From Bacteroidales bacterium (GTDB taxonomy: Bacteria; Bacteroidota; Bacteroidia; Bacteroidales; VadinHA17): DNA of 45,477 nt. Shown here piece after piece: positions 16,872 through 26,457 of this stretch (the stretch's first letter is position 1; every line of letters begins with the position of its first letter). The position numbers and the translations under genes were made by a program. The notes beneath the pieces were generated by a model. It was not told the origin of the DNA. It was given only the letters and a program-made list of their open reading frames with translations, and made no database searches. Location of the stretch: positions 1 to 45,477 of the forward strand of contig JAAZBN010000214.1 in the NCBI GenBank assembly GCA_012513795.1, written 5' to 3'.

Positions 16872-17449
16872 GGCCTGTCAATAAATTCCCTGACAACATT
16901 GGCAACCGCAATACATGCTTTCTCCAGGTTGTCATTGATAATGATGGTGTCAAAGTGCTCTGCCAGGAGGATTTCCGAGGCAGCCTTCTCCACTCTCATA
17001 GCAATCTTTTCAGGCGAGTCTGTGCCACGGAGCATCAATCTCCTGCCCAGTTCCTCCACTGAGGGGGGCATGACAAATATTGACAGCGCATGGTGGCCGA
17101 AGATCTTTTTCAGGTTAATACCTCCCTGAACGTCAACATCGAAGAGGGGTATCCTGCCCTCACGGCGTATACGGTCTATCTCCTGCCGCAATGTCCCGTA
17201 GTAATGATTCCTGTAGACCTCCTGCCACTCTATGAATTCGTCTCTCTTAATTCTTCTCCGGAACTCGCCGGCAGTGATGAAATAGTATTCCCTTCCGTCA
17301 GCCTCGTTGCCGCGCGGTTTCCTGCTGGTTGCCGAGACAGAAAAGAGAAGAGGCATTCCTGAACTGAGCAGGTAACTGACCAGGGTTGATTTTCCTGCTC
17401 CCGAAGGTGCGGAGATGATCAGTACTTTTTTGTTCTCAGCGCGGCGCAT
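16868..17449 (-). CDS. gmk: Guanylate kinase
   Basis: SAPSGAGKST, SATSRKPRGNEADGREYYF, YYGT, DVDVQGG. Confidence 0.95.
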   Translation of the reverse strand: MRRAENKKVLIISAPSGAGKSTLVSYLLSSGMPLLFSVSATSRKPRGNEADGREYYFITAGEFRRRIKRDEFIEWQEVYRNHYYGTLRQEIDRIRREGRIPLFDVDVQGGINLKKIFGHHALSIFVMPPSVEELGRRLMLRGTDSPEKIAMRVEKAASEILLAEHFDTIIINDNLEKACIAVANVVREFIDRP

Positions 17450-17453
17450 CAGC

Positions 17454-18329
17454 TTAAAGAATATTGAGTGTCAGTTCCTTGATCTTCTCCAGCTCATCCT
17501 TCATCATCACCACCAGCTTCTGCATGGCGGCATCGTTGGCCTTTGAACCGATGGTGTTGATCTCACGGCCCATCTCCTGAGAAATAAAGTTTAGCATCTT
17601 GCCGTTGGTGCCTTCGGTCTTCATTGTCTCCAGAAAGTAGTCACAGTGCTTCTTCAGCCTGACCTTCTCCTCGTTGATATCGAACTTTTCAAGGTAAAAG
17701 ATCAGCTCCTGCTCAAAGCGGTTCTTGTCTATGTTTTCCGATCCCACAGCCTCCTTAAGGGTGGCTGTCAGCTTTTCGCGCATGCGCGAGATACGGTCGC
17801 CCTCAACGGCGCCCAGGTTATCAAGATAATTGAGTATGGAGGCAACAGATTTTGAGAGGTCTTTTTCCATGGCCTTTCCCTCCTCAAGCCGGTACAGGTC
17901 GGCCATTGCCAGAGCCTCTTCTGTCAGGCCTGCTATTCGCTGCCACTCATCATCTGTCAGTTCAGGTTTTTCCGTGCGGAGGGTCTCGGGCAGCCGCATC
18001 ACAATAGCCAGCAGGCCGGCGTTGTCTTTGATGCCCAGCTCACTGCTTATCTCCTGCATCTGATCATAATAGCTGCGGACATTGTTTTTGTTTATCACCG
18101 GCGCCTGCTCTCCGTCCATGGTATCAAAACCAATTGAGATATCAATCTTGCCTCTCTCAAGCTTTCTTATGACCATGTTGCGGATATCCAGCTCCTTCTC
18201 CTTGCAAATCCATGGGAGCCTGGTGTTTATGTCTGCCTGTTTGCTGTTGAGCGATTTAATCTCAACGGTGATCTTTCTCTGCGGTGTCTCCAGCATGGCC
18301 TTGCCATAGCCGGTCATCGATCTTATCAT
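17454..18329 (-). CDS. yicC: YicC/YloC-family endoribonuclease
   Basis: MIRSMTGYG, EIKSLNSK, DINEEKVRL, QEMGREINTIGSKAN; usual position upstream of gmk. Confidence 0.93.
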   Translation of the reverse strand: MIRSMTGYGKAMLETPQRKITVEIKSLNSKQADINTRLPWICKEKELDIRNMVIRKLERGKIDISIGFDTMDGEQAPVINKNNVRSYYDQMQEISSELGIKDNAGLLAIVMRLPETLRTEKPELTDDEWQRIAGLTEEALAMADLYRLEEGKAMEKDLSKSVASILNYLDNLGAVEGDRISRMREKLTATLKEAVGSENIDKNRFEQELIFYLEKFDINEEKVRLKKHCDYFLETMKTEGTNGKMLNFISQEMGREINTIGSKANDAAMQKLVVMMKDELEKIKELTLNIL

Positions 18330-18370
18330 TGTGTTGTGGTAATTACAGTGATAAAGATAGGTTTTTTCTC

Positions 18371-19750
18371 TTAGCCAAGGAGGTCAAGTTCCACGGTGAA
18401 GTGCCTCATGATTGGCGCCTCCCACCGTATTGCCAGGCCCCGTTTGACTGTTTCCCTTCTATCCCATACGTTCTGCACAACTGCCGCCACATAGTCCATG
18501 TGGTTGTCAGTGTAAACCCTTCGCGGTATCGCAAGCCTTACCAGCTCCAGCTCAGGGTACCTGTTCTCGCGGGTGACCGGGTCACGGTCGGCCATAAGTG
18601 TTCCTATCTCGGTGCCCCGGATGCCTCCCTCGAGGTATATCTCCACCGCCAGTCGCTGGGCGGGGAATTCGGAAGCCGGTATCTGCGGGTAGAATTTACC
18701 TGCATCAATGAATATAGCATGGCCGCCGATGGGCATCTGTACCGGTATCCCGGCAGCATGCAGTTTCTCTCCCAGCCTCGCCACCTGGCCTATGCGTGCC
18801 TCCAGGTAATCAGATTCGGTCCCTTCATACAGTCCCTGTGCCAGCGCGTTCATGTCGCGGCCTGACATGCCGCCGTAGGTGATGTAACCCTCGAACATGA
18901 TGTTGAAGGTTGAAGCTTTCCTGAAAAGCTCACGGTCCTTCATGCCGATGAATCCGCCTATGTTGACAATGGCATCCTTCTTTGAGCTCATGGTCATGGC
19001 ATCAGCATATGAGAACATCTCGCGGGTGATATCCCTGATGCTTTTTTCCGCATAGCCTTCTTCCCGGGTCTTGATGAAGTACGCGTTCTCGGCAAAGCGG
19101 GCTGAGTCAATGACCAACAGAACGCCGTATTTGTCAGCAAGCTGCCTCACGCCACGGAGGTTGGCCATGCTCACCGGCTGCCCTCCGGCCGTATTATTGG
19201 TGACAGTCATCACTATACAGCCCAGCCTCTCACGCGGAGTCTCCTTCAGCACCTGTTCAAGATGACCGAGGTCGGCATTTCCCTTGAAGGGGTCATTACG
19301 GGTGATATCCCTTGCCCATGAGACGGTGCAGTCAACGGCTTTCGCCTTGCGGAATTCAATATGCCCCTTGGTGGTGTCAAAGTGGGCGTTGCCGGGGATA
19401 ACATCGCCCTCCTTCACCAGTACCGAGAAGAGGACGTTTTCTGCTGCCCTTCCCTGGTGGGTGGGGAGGAAGTATTCAAAACCGGTTATGTCACGTATGG
19501 CTTCTTTCAGTTTGAAATAGGAAGAGGCCCCGGCATAACTCTCGTCGCCGGTCATTATGGCTCCCCACTGCCGGTCACTCATGGCACCGGTGCCGGAGTC
19601 GGTCAGCAGGTCAATGAAAACCTGGTCTGACCGGAGGTTGAACATGTTGTACGAGGCGTTTTTCATCCACTCCTCCCTTTCCTGGCGGGTGCTCTGGCGG
19701 ATGGTCTCGACTGTCTTTATCTTGTATGGTTCACAATATGGTAAATTCAT
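18371..19750 (-). CDS. tnaA: Tryptophanase (tryptophan indole-lyase)
   Basis: IDLLTDSGTGAMS, THQGRAAE, MSSKKD (PLP Lys), RLAIPRRVYT. HFDTT (Asp) and RHFT (His) match tryptophanase rather than tyrosine phenol-lyase (FTTT/RFFT). Confidence 0.85.
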   Translation of the reverse strand: MNLPYCEPYKIKTVETIRQSTRQEREEWMKNASYNMFNLRSDQVFIDLLTDSGTGAMSDRQWGAIMTGDESYAGASSYFKLKEAIRDITGFEYFLPTHQGRAAENVLFSVLVKEGDVIPGNAHFDTTKGHIEFRKAKAVDCTVSWARDITRNDPFKGNADLGHLEQVLKETPRERLGCIVMTVTNNTAGGQPVSMANLRGVRQLADKYGVLLVIDSARFAENAYFIKTREEGYAEKSIRDITREMFSYADAMTMSSKKDAIVNIGGFIGMKDRELFRKASTFNIMFEGYITYGGMSGRDMNALAQGLYEGTESDYLEARIGQVARLGEKLHAAGIPVQMPIGGHAIFIDAGKFYPQIPASEFPAQRLAVEIYLEGGIRGTEIGTLMADRDPVTRENRYPELELVRLAIPRRVYTDNHMDYVAAVVQNVWDRRETVKRGLAIRWEAPIMRHFTVELDLLG

Positions 19751-19966
19751 GGGATTGGCTTTTTACAACACTTTAACCGCTAAGCGGTACTGCAGACTGC
19801 AGTATTCTGACTCAGGTCACTTATTAAGATTATTTAACAAAAGCAGGCAGTTCGGTGCACAGCAGCGTGCAACCATGCGGATCAGAACGCGTCCCTGTTC
19901 TTGATGTTACGGAATATCAGCTTCCTGTTTGATGCCCTGTAATGCCGTGAATTCATGGAAATCGGC

Positions 19967-19982
19967 TATTTTTGCAAATATA
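19967..19982. promoter_or_regulatory. Abutting divergent -7 boxes for the DUF3078 gene (+, 19967-19974) and tnaA (-, 19975-19982)
   Basis: TATTTTTG directly followed by CAAATATA (TATATTTG on the minus strand); both match TAnnTTTG. Confidence 0.55.
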
Positions 19983-20030
19983 ATCATTTTACGTTTGGGG
20001 TACAATCCGGAATTGTTTAAACATCTTGAA

Positions 20031-21944
20031 ATGAGACTGGGAACTTTAAAGATTCTTTTGCTTTTGCTTTGCTTCACGGGCACCATTTCCCTTCAGGGGC
20101 AGGTTGTGGATGCACCCGTGGTGCCGCCTGTGGCTGAACCTGTTGCTGATACTCTCGAGGTTACTGAAAGTCTCCTGAGAAAGATCAAGGCTGCTCCCGT
20201 GCCCGGAATAAACGGTCCGCAGGACGTACACCTGGGCAAAGATGAGTCGCTCAGGTATCTTGAGCGGTTCTATGCCACACCAGCGCTCTGGAAGAAGAGC
20301 AATGACCCGTTGCGCGAGGCTATCAGGAACCTGATCTGGCTTGCCTCCAGGCCACCGCAGGACACGGTGATCAGCTACCTGTCAGCATATCCTTTTGAAC
20401 ATATCCGCATACCGGCAGAAAGGTACTATATGTTTGATACGGTACGGATAATTCTGCCCATAGTTGAGCCTGACTCATTGCAGGCTGAAGGTGACACAAC
20501 AGCTGCCAGGGCTGAAGAGATGTTCATCAGGGCCGGAGCAAGAACCGAAAAAGTGAGACTCACCCCTGACTCTAAGCCAATAACCAGGAATGACACCCTC
20601 CGGCTGAATGATTCCGTATATATCCTGATGGGCGATTTTATCCCTGCCAGGTTGCCCCACGCAACCAATGACACTATAGTGCTGGTAATCACTGACACAC
20701 TGCCGGAGGTTTCACTGGCACACACCGGCTTACCCTTCAGATATCTCCGTAATCCGTACATAGCTGATTCACTTCAGGCTGCAGTCAGCTCAGTCATCAG
20801 CTATCTTGAAAAGCGTGATTCAACCGTTATACGCCTCACAAGCGAATCAGGCAGAGGGGCTGATGTTTGGCTCAACAGCCAGTCTGACAATCTTGTGCGT
20901 TTCTGGCTGCCTGACGGCGAAAATGACTCGGTTACCGTGTGGATAGGAAGTCCCGCACGAAACACACTCTCTCTCAGGGCTGAGGAGGGTGTGCTCTTCA
21001 GGAAGCAGGTCTGGCATGACAGGTATGTTGACACCCGGGTCAATGTCATCACGGCTAAGGAGGAGGACCTGAGAAGGGTTGCACTGACAAAGATCAAGCC
21101 TGACCTGTGGAAATTCAAAACAGATCTCTCATACCTGCTCTCGCAGGGTGTGGTCTCAAACTGGGCCAAGGGGGGGGAGAATAATATCTCTTCCGTTCTG
21201 GACGTCACTTCGGCGCTCAATTACAACAACAAGGTGACAAAGGTTAACTCAGCCACCTCTGCAAGATTCGCACTCGGCCTTCAGGCTTCGGGCAAATACG
21301 GTGGTATACGGAAAAACCTGGATATACTGGAGATAAACTCAAAGATCAATCACAAGGCCTTTGGCAAGTTTGACCTTTCAGGCCTCTTCCAGTTCAAATC
21401 GCAGTTCCTTCCGGGATATACCTATCCCAATGACTCAACATCAATCAAGGTCTCGAAGTTCTTCAATCCTGCCACTGTTATCCTGGGTTATGGCCTTGAA
21501 TACAAACCCAATAAGAACACATCAATAAGCTTCTCCCCGGTATCATATAAAGGCACTTTTGTTCCTGACACGGCAAATATCAACCAGACGAAATACGGGA
21601 TTGCAGCAGACAGATGGTCCAAGAATGAGCTGGGGGCATACCTGACAATAAACAGCAAACTGCTTCTTTTTGAGAAAATTAACATGACCAACAGGCTTCA
21701 GCTCTTCTCCAACTTCCTTTCTAAGCCGCAGAACATTGATATTGACTGGGAGATGATTGCCACCATGCCTCTCAACTGGTTCACCGACCTGAGGATGAAT
21801 GTGCACCTGATTTATGATGATAACACTCTTCTCCCGGTATATGACAGGGGAGAACCGGTGCTTGACACTGACGGCAAGCAGAAGAAGGCCCCCATGGTGC
21901 AGTTCAAGGAACTGCTGGGAGTCTCATTCATTTTCAAGTTCTAG
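20031..21944 (+). CDS. DUF3078-like outer-membrane beta-barrel protein with long N-terminal extension
   Basis: Signal peptide from ATG 20031; C-terminal domain SQGVVSNWAKGGEN...SQFLPGY...SKFFNPA...LIYDD...QFKELLGVSFIFKF ending in Phe. Confidence 0.7.
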   Translation: MRLGTLKILLLLLCFTGTISLQGQVVDAPVVPPVAEPVADTLEVTESLLRKIKAAPVPGINGPQDVHLGKDESLRYLERFYATPALWKKSNDPLREAIRNLIWLASRPPQDTVISYLSAYPFEHIRIPAERYYMFDTVRIILPIVEPDSLQAEGDTTAARAEEMFIRAGARTEKVRLTPDSKPITRNDTLRLNDSVYILMGDFIPARLPHATNDTIVLVITDTLPEVSLAHTGLPFRYLRNPYIADSLQAAVSSVISYLEKRDSTVIRLTSESGRGADVWLNSQSDNLVRFWLPDGENDSVTVWIGSPARNTLSLRAEEGVLFRKQVWHDRYVDTRVNVITAKEEDLRRVALTKIKPDLWKFKTDLSYLLSQGVVSNWAKGGENNISSVLDVTSALNYNNKVTKVNSATSARFALGLQASGKYGGIRKNLDILEINSKINHKAFGKFDLSGLFQFKSQFLPGYTYPNDSTSIKVSKFFNPATVILGYGLEYKPNKNTSISFSPVSYKGTFVPDTANINQTKYGIAADRWSKNELGAYLTINSKLLLFEKINMTNRLQLFSNFLSKPQNIDIDWEMIATMPLNWFTDLRMNVHLIYDDNTLLPVYDRGEPVLDTDGKQKKAPMVQFKELLGVSFIFKF

Positions 21945-22813
21945 AGAAGAAGGAGGTCAAGCACCACCGCCACTCCGTAGATGACGCCGGCGATGCCGTT
22001 TGTTGTGCCGAAGGCCATATCAACCCTGCTTAGATCATCCGGTTTCACTATCAGATGCTGGTAGATCAGCATGGCGGTAAATATTGCCGCACCCGTCCAG
22101 TAGAGGTATCCTGCATTGCCTGTGATGCCGGCCGATGCCACCAGAATGATGGTGACAGCGTGCAGTGCGGTTGAGACTGCCAGCGCTCTTCCCCGTGACA
22201 TCACGGCAGGGATTGAGTAGAGCCCTGCATCACGGTCAAACTGGTCATCCTGAAGAGAATAAATTATATCAAATCCACTTACCCAGGTTAGCACGATAAA
22301 GGAATAGATAAGTGGCAGAAGTGCAAAGGCCCCGGTGACAGCAATATAAGCTCCTGTCGGAGCAAGGCTGAGGCCCAGGCCCAGCACCAGGTGGCATAGC
22401 GGGGTGAACCTCTTTGTGTAGCTGTATCCGAGCACCACCAGCAGTGCCACTGGTGAGAGGATGAGAGTCAGCCTGTTCAGGAAGGCTGCAGAGATGATGA
22501 AGAGCAATGAGCTGGCAATTACGAAGATGAGCGCCTGGCGGCGCGAAATCTTTCCTGAAGGGATCTCACGGACCACCGTGCGCGGATTCATTGCATCAAA
22601 CCGGTAATCAGCCCACCGGTTAAAGGCCATGGCTGCGCTGCGCGCGAAGACCATGCATGCCAGCACCAGGAGGAAGGTCCTCAGTGAGAATCCGTAACCG
22701 GGCTCCGTGGCACCGATGAAGTAGCCCGCAAGGGCAAACGGCATGGCAAAGACAGTGTGGCTGAACCTGACCAGTGAGAGATAATCATGTGTCCTGCCAA
22801 GCAGCTTCTTCAT
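21941..22813 (-). CDS. UbiA-family polyprenyltransferase (MqnP-like)
   Basis: VRFSHTVFAMPFA, ARSAAMAFNRWADYRFDAMNPRT..REIP, YSYTKRFT, GFDIIYSLQDDQFD. Confidence 0.85.
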   Translation of the reverse strand: MKKLLGRTHDYLSLVRFSHTVFAMPFALAGYFIGATEPGYGFSLRTFLLVLACMVFARSAAMAFNRWADYRFDAMNPRTVVREIPSGKISRRQALIFVIASSLLFIISAAFLNRLTLILSPVALLVVLGYSYTKRFTPLCHLVLGLGLSLAPTGAYIAVTGAFALLPLIYSFIVLTWVSGFDIIYSLQDDQFDRDAGLYSIPAVMSRGRALAVSTALHAVTIILVASAGITGNAGYLYWTGAAIFTAMLIYQHLIVKPDDLSRVDMAFGTTNGIAGVIYGVAVVLDLLLL

Positions 22814-25260
22814 CGCAGAGTGGCTCCGAATTCGCGCTCGAAGGCCTTGACCAGAGCCCCCATTGTCTTCTCAATGTTCTTTTCAGTAAGAGTCTGCCTC
22901 TCATCACGGAGGATAAAGCTGACAGCATATGACTTCTTATCCCTTCCTATTGTCTCACTCTCATAGACATCAAAGAGATCAACCTCCTGCAGGATGTTAC
23001 GTTCTGTTCTGAAGGCAAGGTCATGTATCTGGCTGAATTTTACTGATCTGTCAACAAGCAGGGCCAGGTCTCGACGGACCCACGGGTATCGCGGCAGCTC
23101 GCTGAACCGGATAGCCCTGGTACCTGTAAGCCTGATAAGGTTCTCCCAGACAATCTCCGCGTAGAAAACATCCTGCCTGATATCAAACATTGACAGGTAC
23201 TTTCTTGACACTTTCCCAAAGGAGGCTACATCAAGACCTCCTGCAGTGTATTGAATGCCTTCGGCGAACCATCCCCCCTGCACTTCAGTTGCCACCATTT
23301 CACGTCGGGTGATTCCGAAGCGTGACAGTACCATCTCTGCATAACCCTTGAGATGGAAAAATCCCGAGGGTGTTTCAGGGGCATTCCAGCGCTTGTCGTT
23401 CATGTTCCCTGTCAGTGCCATGGCAAGCACCTGATTCTCAGCAAAGTTGTCGGTTATCTCCAAGGTGTTTACTCTTCCTTTACGGCGGTAGATGTAACCG
23501 AGCTCGAACAGCCTGAGATTGCTGCTCTGCCTGTTGATGTTCCAGGCTATTGCATTCAACATCCCCGGCAGCAGCGAGAGACGCATGACATTAAGGTCAC
23601 TGCTGAGGGGATTGGCCAGCCTGACCAGGTCTTTGACTTCAAAGTCGCCGGTAGTCTCAAACCATGCGGCAGGAGATAGGGAGTTACACATTATCTCCAC
23701 GAAGCCGTTGGCGGACAGCATCTCAGATAAACTGGCGGCCATCTTCTCACGGTCAGGCTTGTCAGTGTGTGAAAGCATAGTGTGCATCTCATTGCTGATG
23801 CCTATATTGTCATAACCGTATATACGCAGCACCTCCTCGGTAACATCAGCCTCACGGGTGACGTCAACGCGGTAGGTGGGTATCTCAAGTGTCAGTATCC
23901 CCTCTTCTTCAGCCGTGATATTTATGTCAAGGCTGTACAGGATAGTCTTGACGGTCTCAACAGGTATCTCTTTCCCTATCAGCCGGGTCATCCGGTCAAG
24001 AGAGTACCGTACCACGGCTTTCCTTACGGGGGCAGGGTAGACATCAATAATATCACCTGTGACAGTGCCGCCAGCCAGCTCCCTGACAAGCATGGCAGCC
24101 CTCTTAAGCGCGTAGATGGTCATCTCCGGATCGGTCCCTCTCTCAAACCTGTACGAGGCGTCGGTGCGCAGATCATGCCTCCGTGAGGTCCGGCGTACAG
24201 ACACCGGGCTGAAGGTGGCGCTCTCAAGGAACAGGTCTGTGGTGCTCTCTGAGACACCTGAATGGAGTCCCCCAAAAACACCCGCAATACACATGCCCTC
24301 CTCCTGGTTGCATATCATCAGGTCAGTGGATGCGAGGGTGCGTTCCACACCGTCAAGGGTAACGAATCTGGTTTTGTCAGGGAGATGTCTTACGCGGACG
24401 GTCCCTCCCTTTATTGCAGCCACATCAAAGGCATGCAGGGGCTGACCTGTCTCATGCAGAACGAAGTTGGTGATGTCAACTACATTATTGATGGGATGGA
24501 GCCCGATAGCCCTGAGTCTTGTCTGCAGCCATGCCGGGGAGGGGCCAACTTTTATGCCTCTGATTGTCAGTCCCGAGTATCGAATGCATGCCTCCGGAGC
24601 TTCCACAGTTATGCTGATGGCGCCAGTGTCGCTTTCCTTGTCAATGGAGGTTATCTCCGGCAGCCTGGCCCTGACGGGTTTCTGCAGATTGAAATATGCT
24701 GCCAGATCACGTGCCACCCCGAAGTGGGAGCTGCAGTCAATCATGTTGGGCGTCAGCCCTATCTCAAACACCGTGTCAGTGGTTACACCGAAGTATTCAG
24801 CGGCCGGCATGCCCACCCTTGCACTGCTGTCGAGAACCATTATGCCCTCATGATCATCTCCTATACCCAGCTCATCCTCAGCACAGATCATCCCTTCCGA
24901 GAGCTGGCCGCGTATCTTCGATCTCTTGATCTCAAACTGCTCATTGCCATGATAAACCATTGTCCCCGGCAGGGCTACAGCTACCAGCTGGCCGGCAGCA
25001 ACATTGGGCGCCCCGCAAACAATATGCAAAGGGTCAGTACCCCCTGCATCAACAGTGGTTACACTCAGCCTGTCAGCATCAGGGTGCTTCTCACAAATAA
25101 GGACCTTACCCACAACAACACCTTTCATGCCCCCCCTGACAGAGACCCACTCTTCCATGCCTTCCACTTCCAGACCGAGAGAAGTAAGAATAACTGAGAG
25201 CTCCTCCGGTCCGGCATCAAAATCAAGATACTCCCTGAGCCAGTTGTAAGAAATCTTCAT
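22810..25260 (-). CDS. pheT: Phenylalanyl-tRNA synthetase beta subunit
   Basis: MKISYNWL, HPDADRL, IVCGAPNV, NNVVDITN, GQPLHAFD, RFERG, LRIYGYDNI, RRDLAL. Confidence 0.97.
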   Translation of the reverse strand: MKISYNWLREYLDFDAGPEELSVILTSLGLEVEGMEEWVSVRGGMKGVVVGKVLICEKHPDADRLSVTTVDAGGTDPLHIVCGAPNVAAGQLVAVALPGTMVYHGNEQFEIKRSKIRGQLSEGMICAEDELGIGDDHEGIMVLDSSARVGMPAAEYFGVTTDTVFEIGLTPNMIDCSSHFGVARDLAAYFNLQKPVRARLPEITSIDKESDTGAISITVEAPEACIRYSGLTIRGIKVGPSPAWLQTRLRAIGLHPINNVVDITNFVLHETGQPLHAFDVAAIKGGTVRVRHLPDKTRFVTLDGVERTLASTDLMICNQEEGMCIAGVFGGLHSGVSESTTDLFLESATFSPVSVRRTSRRHDLRTDASYRFERGTDPEMTIYALKRAAMLVRELAGGTVTGDIIDVYPAPVRKAVVRYSLDRMTRLIGKEIPVETVKTILYSLDINITAEEEGILTLEIPTYRVDVTREADVTEEVLRIYGYDNIGISNEMHTMLSHTDKPDREKMAASLSEMLSANGFVEIMCNSLSPAAWFETTGDFEVKDLVRLANPLSSDLNVMRLSLLPGMLNAIAWNINRQSSNLRLFELGYIYRRKGRVNTLEITDNFAENQVLAMALTGNMNDKRWNAPETPSGFFHLKGYAEMVLSRFGITRREMVATEVQGGWFAEGIQYTAGGLDVASFGKVSRKYLSMFDIRQDVFYAEIVWENLIRLTGTRAIRFSELPRYPWVRRDLALLVDRSVKFSQIHDLAFRTERNILQEVDLFDVYESETIGRDKKSYAVSFILRDERQTLTEKNIEKTMGALVKAFEREFGATLR

Positions 25261-25289
25261 CGCGGTAAAATTATCTGTTTTTTAAGATG

Positions 25290-25297
25290 CAAAAGTA
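25290..25297 (-). promoter_or_regulatory. -7 box for pheT-ubiA
   Basis: TACTTTTG on the minus strand, 30 bp upstream of ATG. Confidence 0.55.
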
Positions 25298-25354
25298 AGG
25301 AAAAAAGGTTTGCAGCATCAAAGGCTCCGTTACTAAAAGCAACGTCATTATCAT

Positions 25355-25362
25355 TATATTTG
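25355..25362 (+). promoter_or_regulatory. -7 box for the surE operon
   Basis: TATATTTG about 20 bp upstream of ATG. Confidence 0.6.
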
Positions 25363-25381
25363 CACCTCAACAGGGAAGCAG

Positions 25382-26158
25382 ATGAAAGTAGAAGAAAATG
25401 ATAAACTGATTCTCATTACAAATGATGACGGGCTCTATGCAGGAGGATTGAGAACCCTTATCCGCATCATGGAGGATTTTGGCAAACTGGTGGTCATATC
25501 CACCACTGACAGCCGCAGCGCCATGTCACAGGCTCTGACAGTCAAACAACCAATCAGGGTCAAGCTGCTGGAGGAGGATGAACATAAACGCATATTCGCC
25601 TGCAGCGGTACCCCTGCTGATGGTGTCAAGCTGGCGGTGAACCAGTTGCTTGAACGTAAGCCTGATCTGATAGCCTCAGGAATCAACCATGGCTCCAACG
25701 CTTCAGCCAGCATACTCTATTCCGGCACTATGGCAGCCGCACTGGAGGGATGCCTTTACAATATCACCTCGGTGGGTTTTTCACTTAACAGCTACTCATC
25801 CTCGGCTGACTTCTCCGGATGCGATAAGTACATCAGGCAAATATGTTCAATGCTTCTCAGTGAACCTCTGCCTCCGGGTATATGCCTCAATGTCAACTTC
25901 CCTGCCTTGCCGGCAGAAGAGATCAGGGGAATGGTGGTGGCCCGCCAGGCCTCCGGCAACTGGCAGGAGGAGTTTGAGAGGAGAAAAGACCCGGCAGGAA
26001 AGACCTACTACTGGCTGACAGGAAGCTTTATCAATCATGAGCCTGAAGCATCTGATACTGACGACTGGGCAATACAGAATGGATTTGTATCTGTTGTTCC
26101 TGTAACAACCGATATGACTGCCTACAGATATATGGAAACACTTAAATCACGACTCTGA
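25382..26158 (+). CDS. surE: 5'/3'-nucleotidase SurE
   Basis: ILITNDDG, SGTPADGV, SGINHGSN, YSGTMAAALEG, LNVNFP. Confidence 0.95.
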   Translation: MKVEENDKLILITNDDGLYAGGLRTLIRIMEDFGKLVVISTTDSRSAMSQALTVKQPIRVKLLEEDEHKRIFACSGTPADGVKLAVNQLLERKPDLIASGINHGSNASASILYSGTMAAALEGCLYNITSVGFSLNSYSSSADFSGCDKYIRQICSMLLSEPLPPGICLNVNFPALPAEEIRGMVVARQASGNWQEEFERRKDPAGKTYYWLTGSFINHEPEASDTDDWAIQNGFVSVVPVTTDMTAYRYMETLKSRL

Positions 26159-26159
26159 G

Positions 26160-26456
26160 ATGCATTTCAGGCAAAGGTTCAATAATGTTCTTTCCGGAGT
26201 TGCCGCTGGCCTGATAGTACCGATAATCGCTTTCATGGTTTTCTTCCTGATCACACGCCACGGTCTCTCATTGTCTGACTATTACAGGAAGATTGTGGAG
26301 GCAGGCAATATTACCAGCATAATGAGTATCGCTGTCTTTGCAAATATCATCATCTTTCTGCTCTTTAACCGGTTTGATATGCTCAGGGCGCTGAAAGGGG
26401 TGCTTGGTATAACCATTGTCTGGGCTTTTGTCGTTTTCGGGATAAAGCTGTTCTGA
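26160..26456 (+). CDS. Small membrane protein (about 3 TM), unknown function
   Basis: Three hydrophobic segments; exactly fills the gap between surE and lpxB with 1-bp spacers. Confidence 0.75.
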   Translation: MHFRQRFNNVLSGVAAGLIVPIIAFMVFFLITRHGLSLSDYYRKIVEAGNITSIMSIAVFANIIIFLLFNRFDMLRALKGVLGITIVWAFVVFGIKLF

Positions 26457-26457
26457 G

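Noticed and set aside
18371-19750. Tyrosine phenol-lyase
   Set aside because: Specificity positions (HFDTT, RHFT) are of the tryptophanase type.
19882-19956. TnaC leader peptide
   Set aside because: Same length as TnaC but lacks the essential Trp, Asp16 and terminal Pro; not annotated as tnaC.
24262-25197. 311-aa plus-strand ORF
   Set aside because: Entirely antisense to pheT with no recognisable motifs; shadow ORF, like the many other short antisense ORFs in the track.
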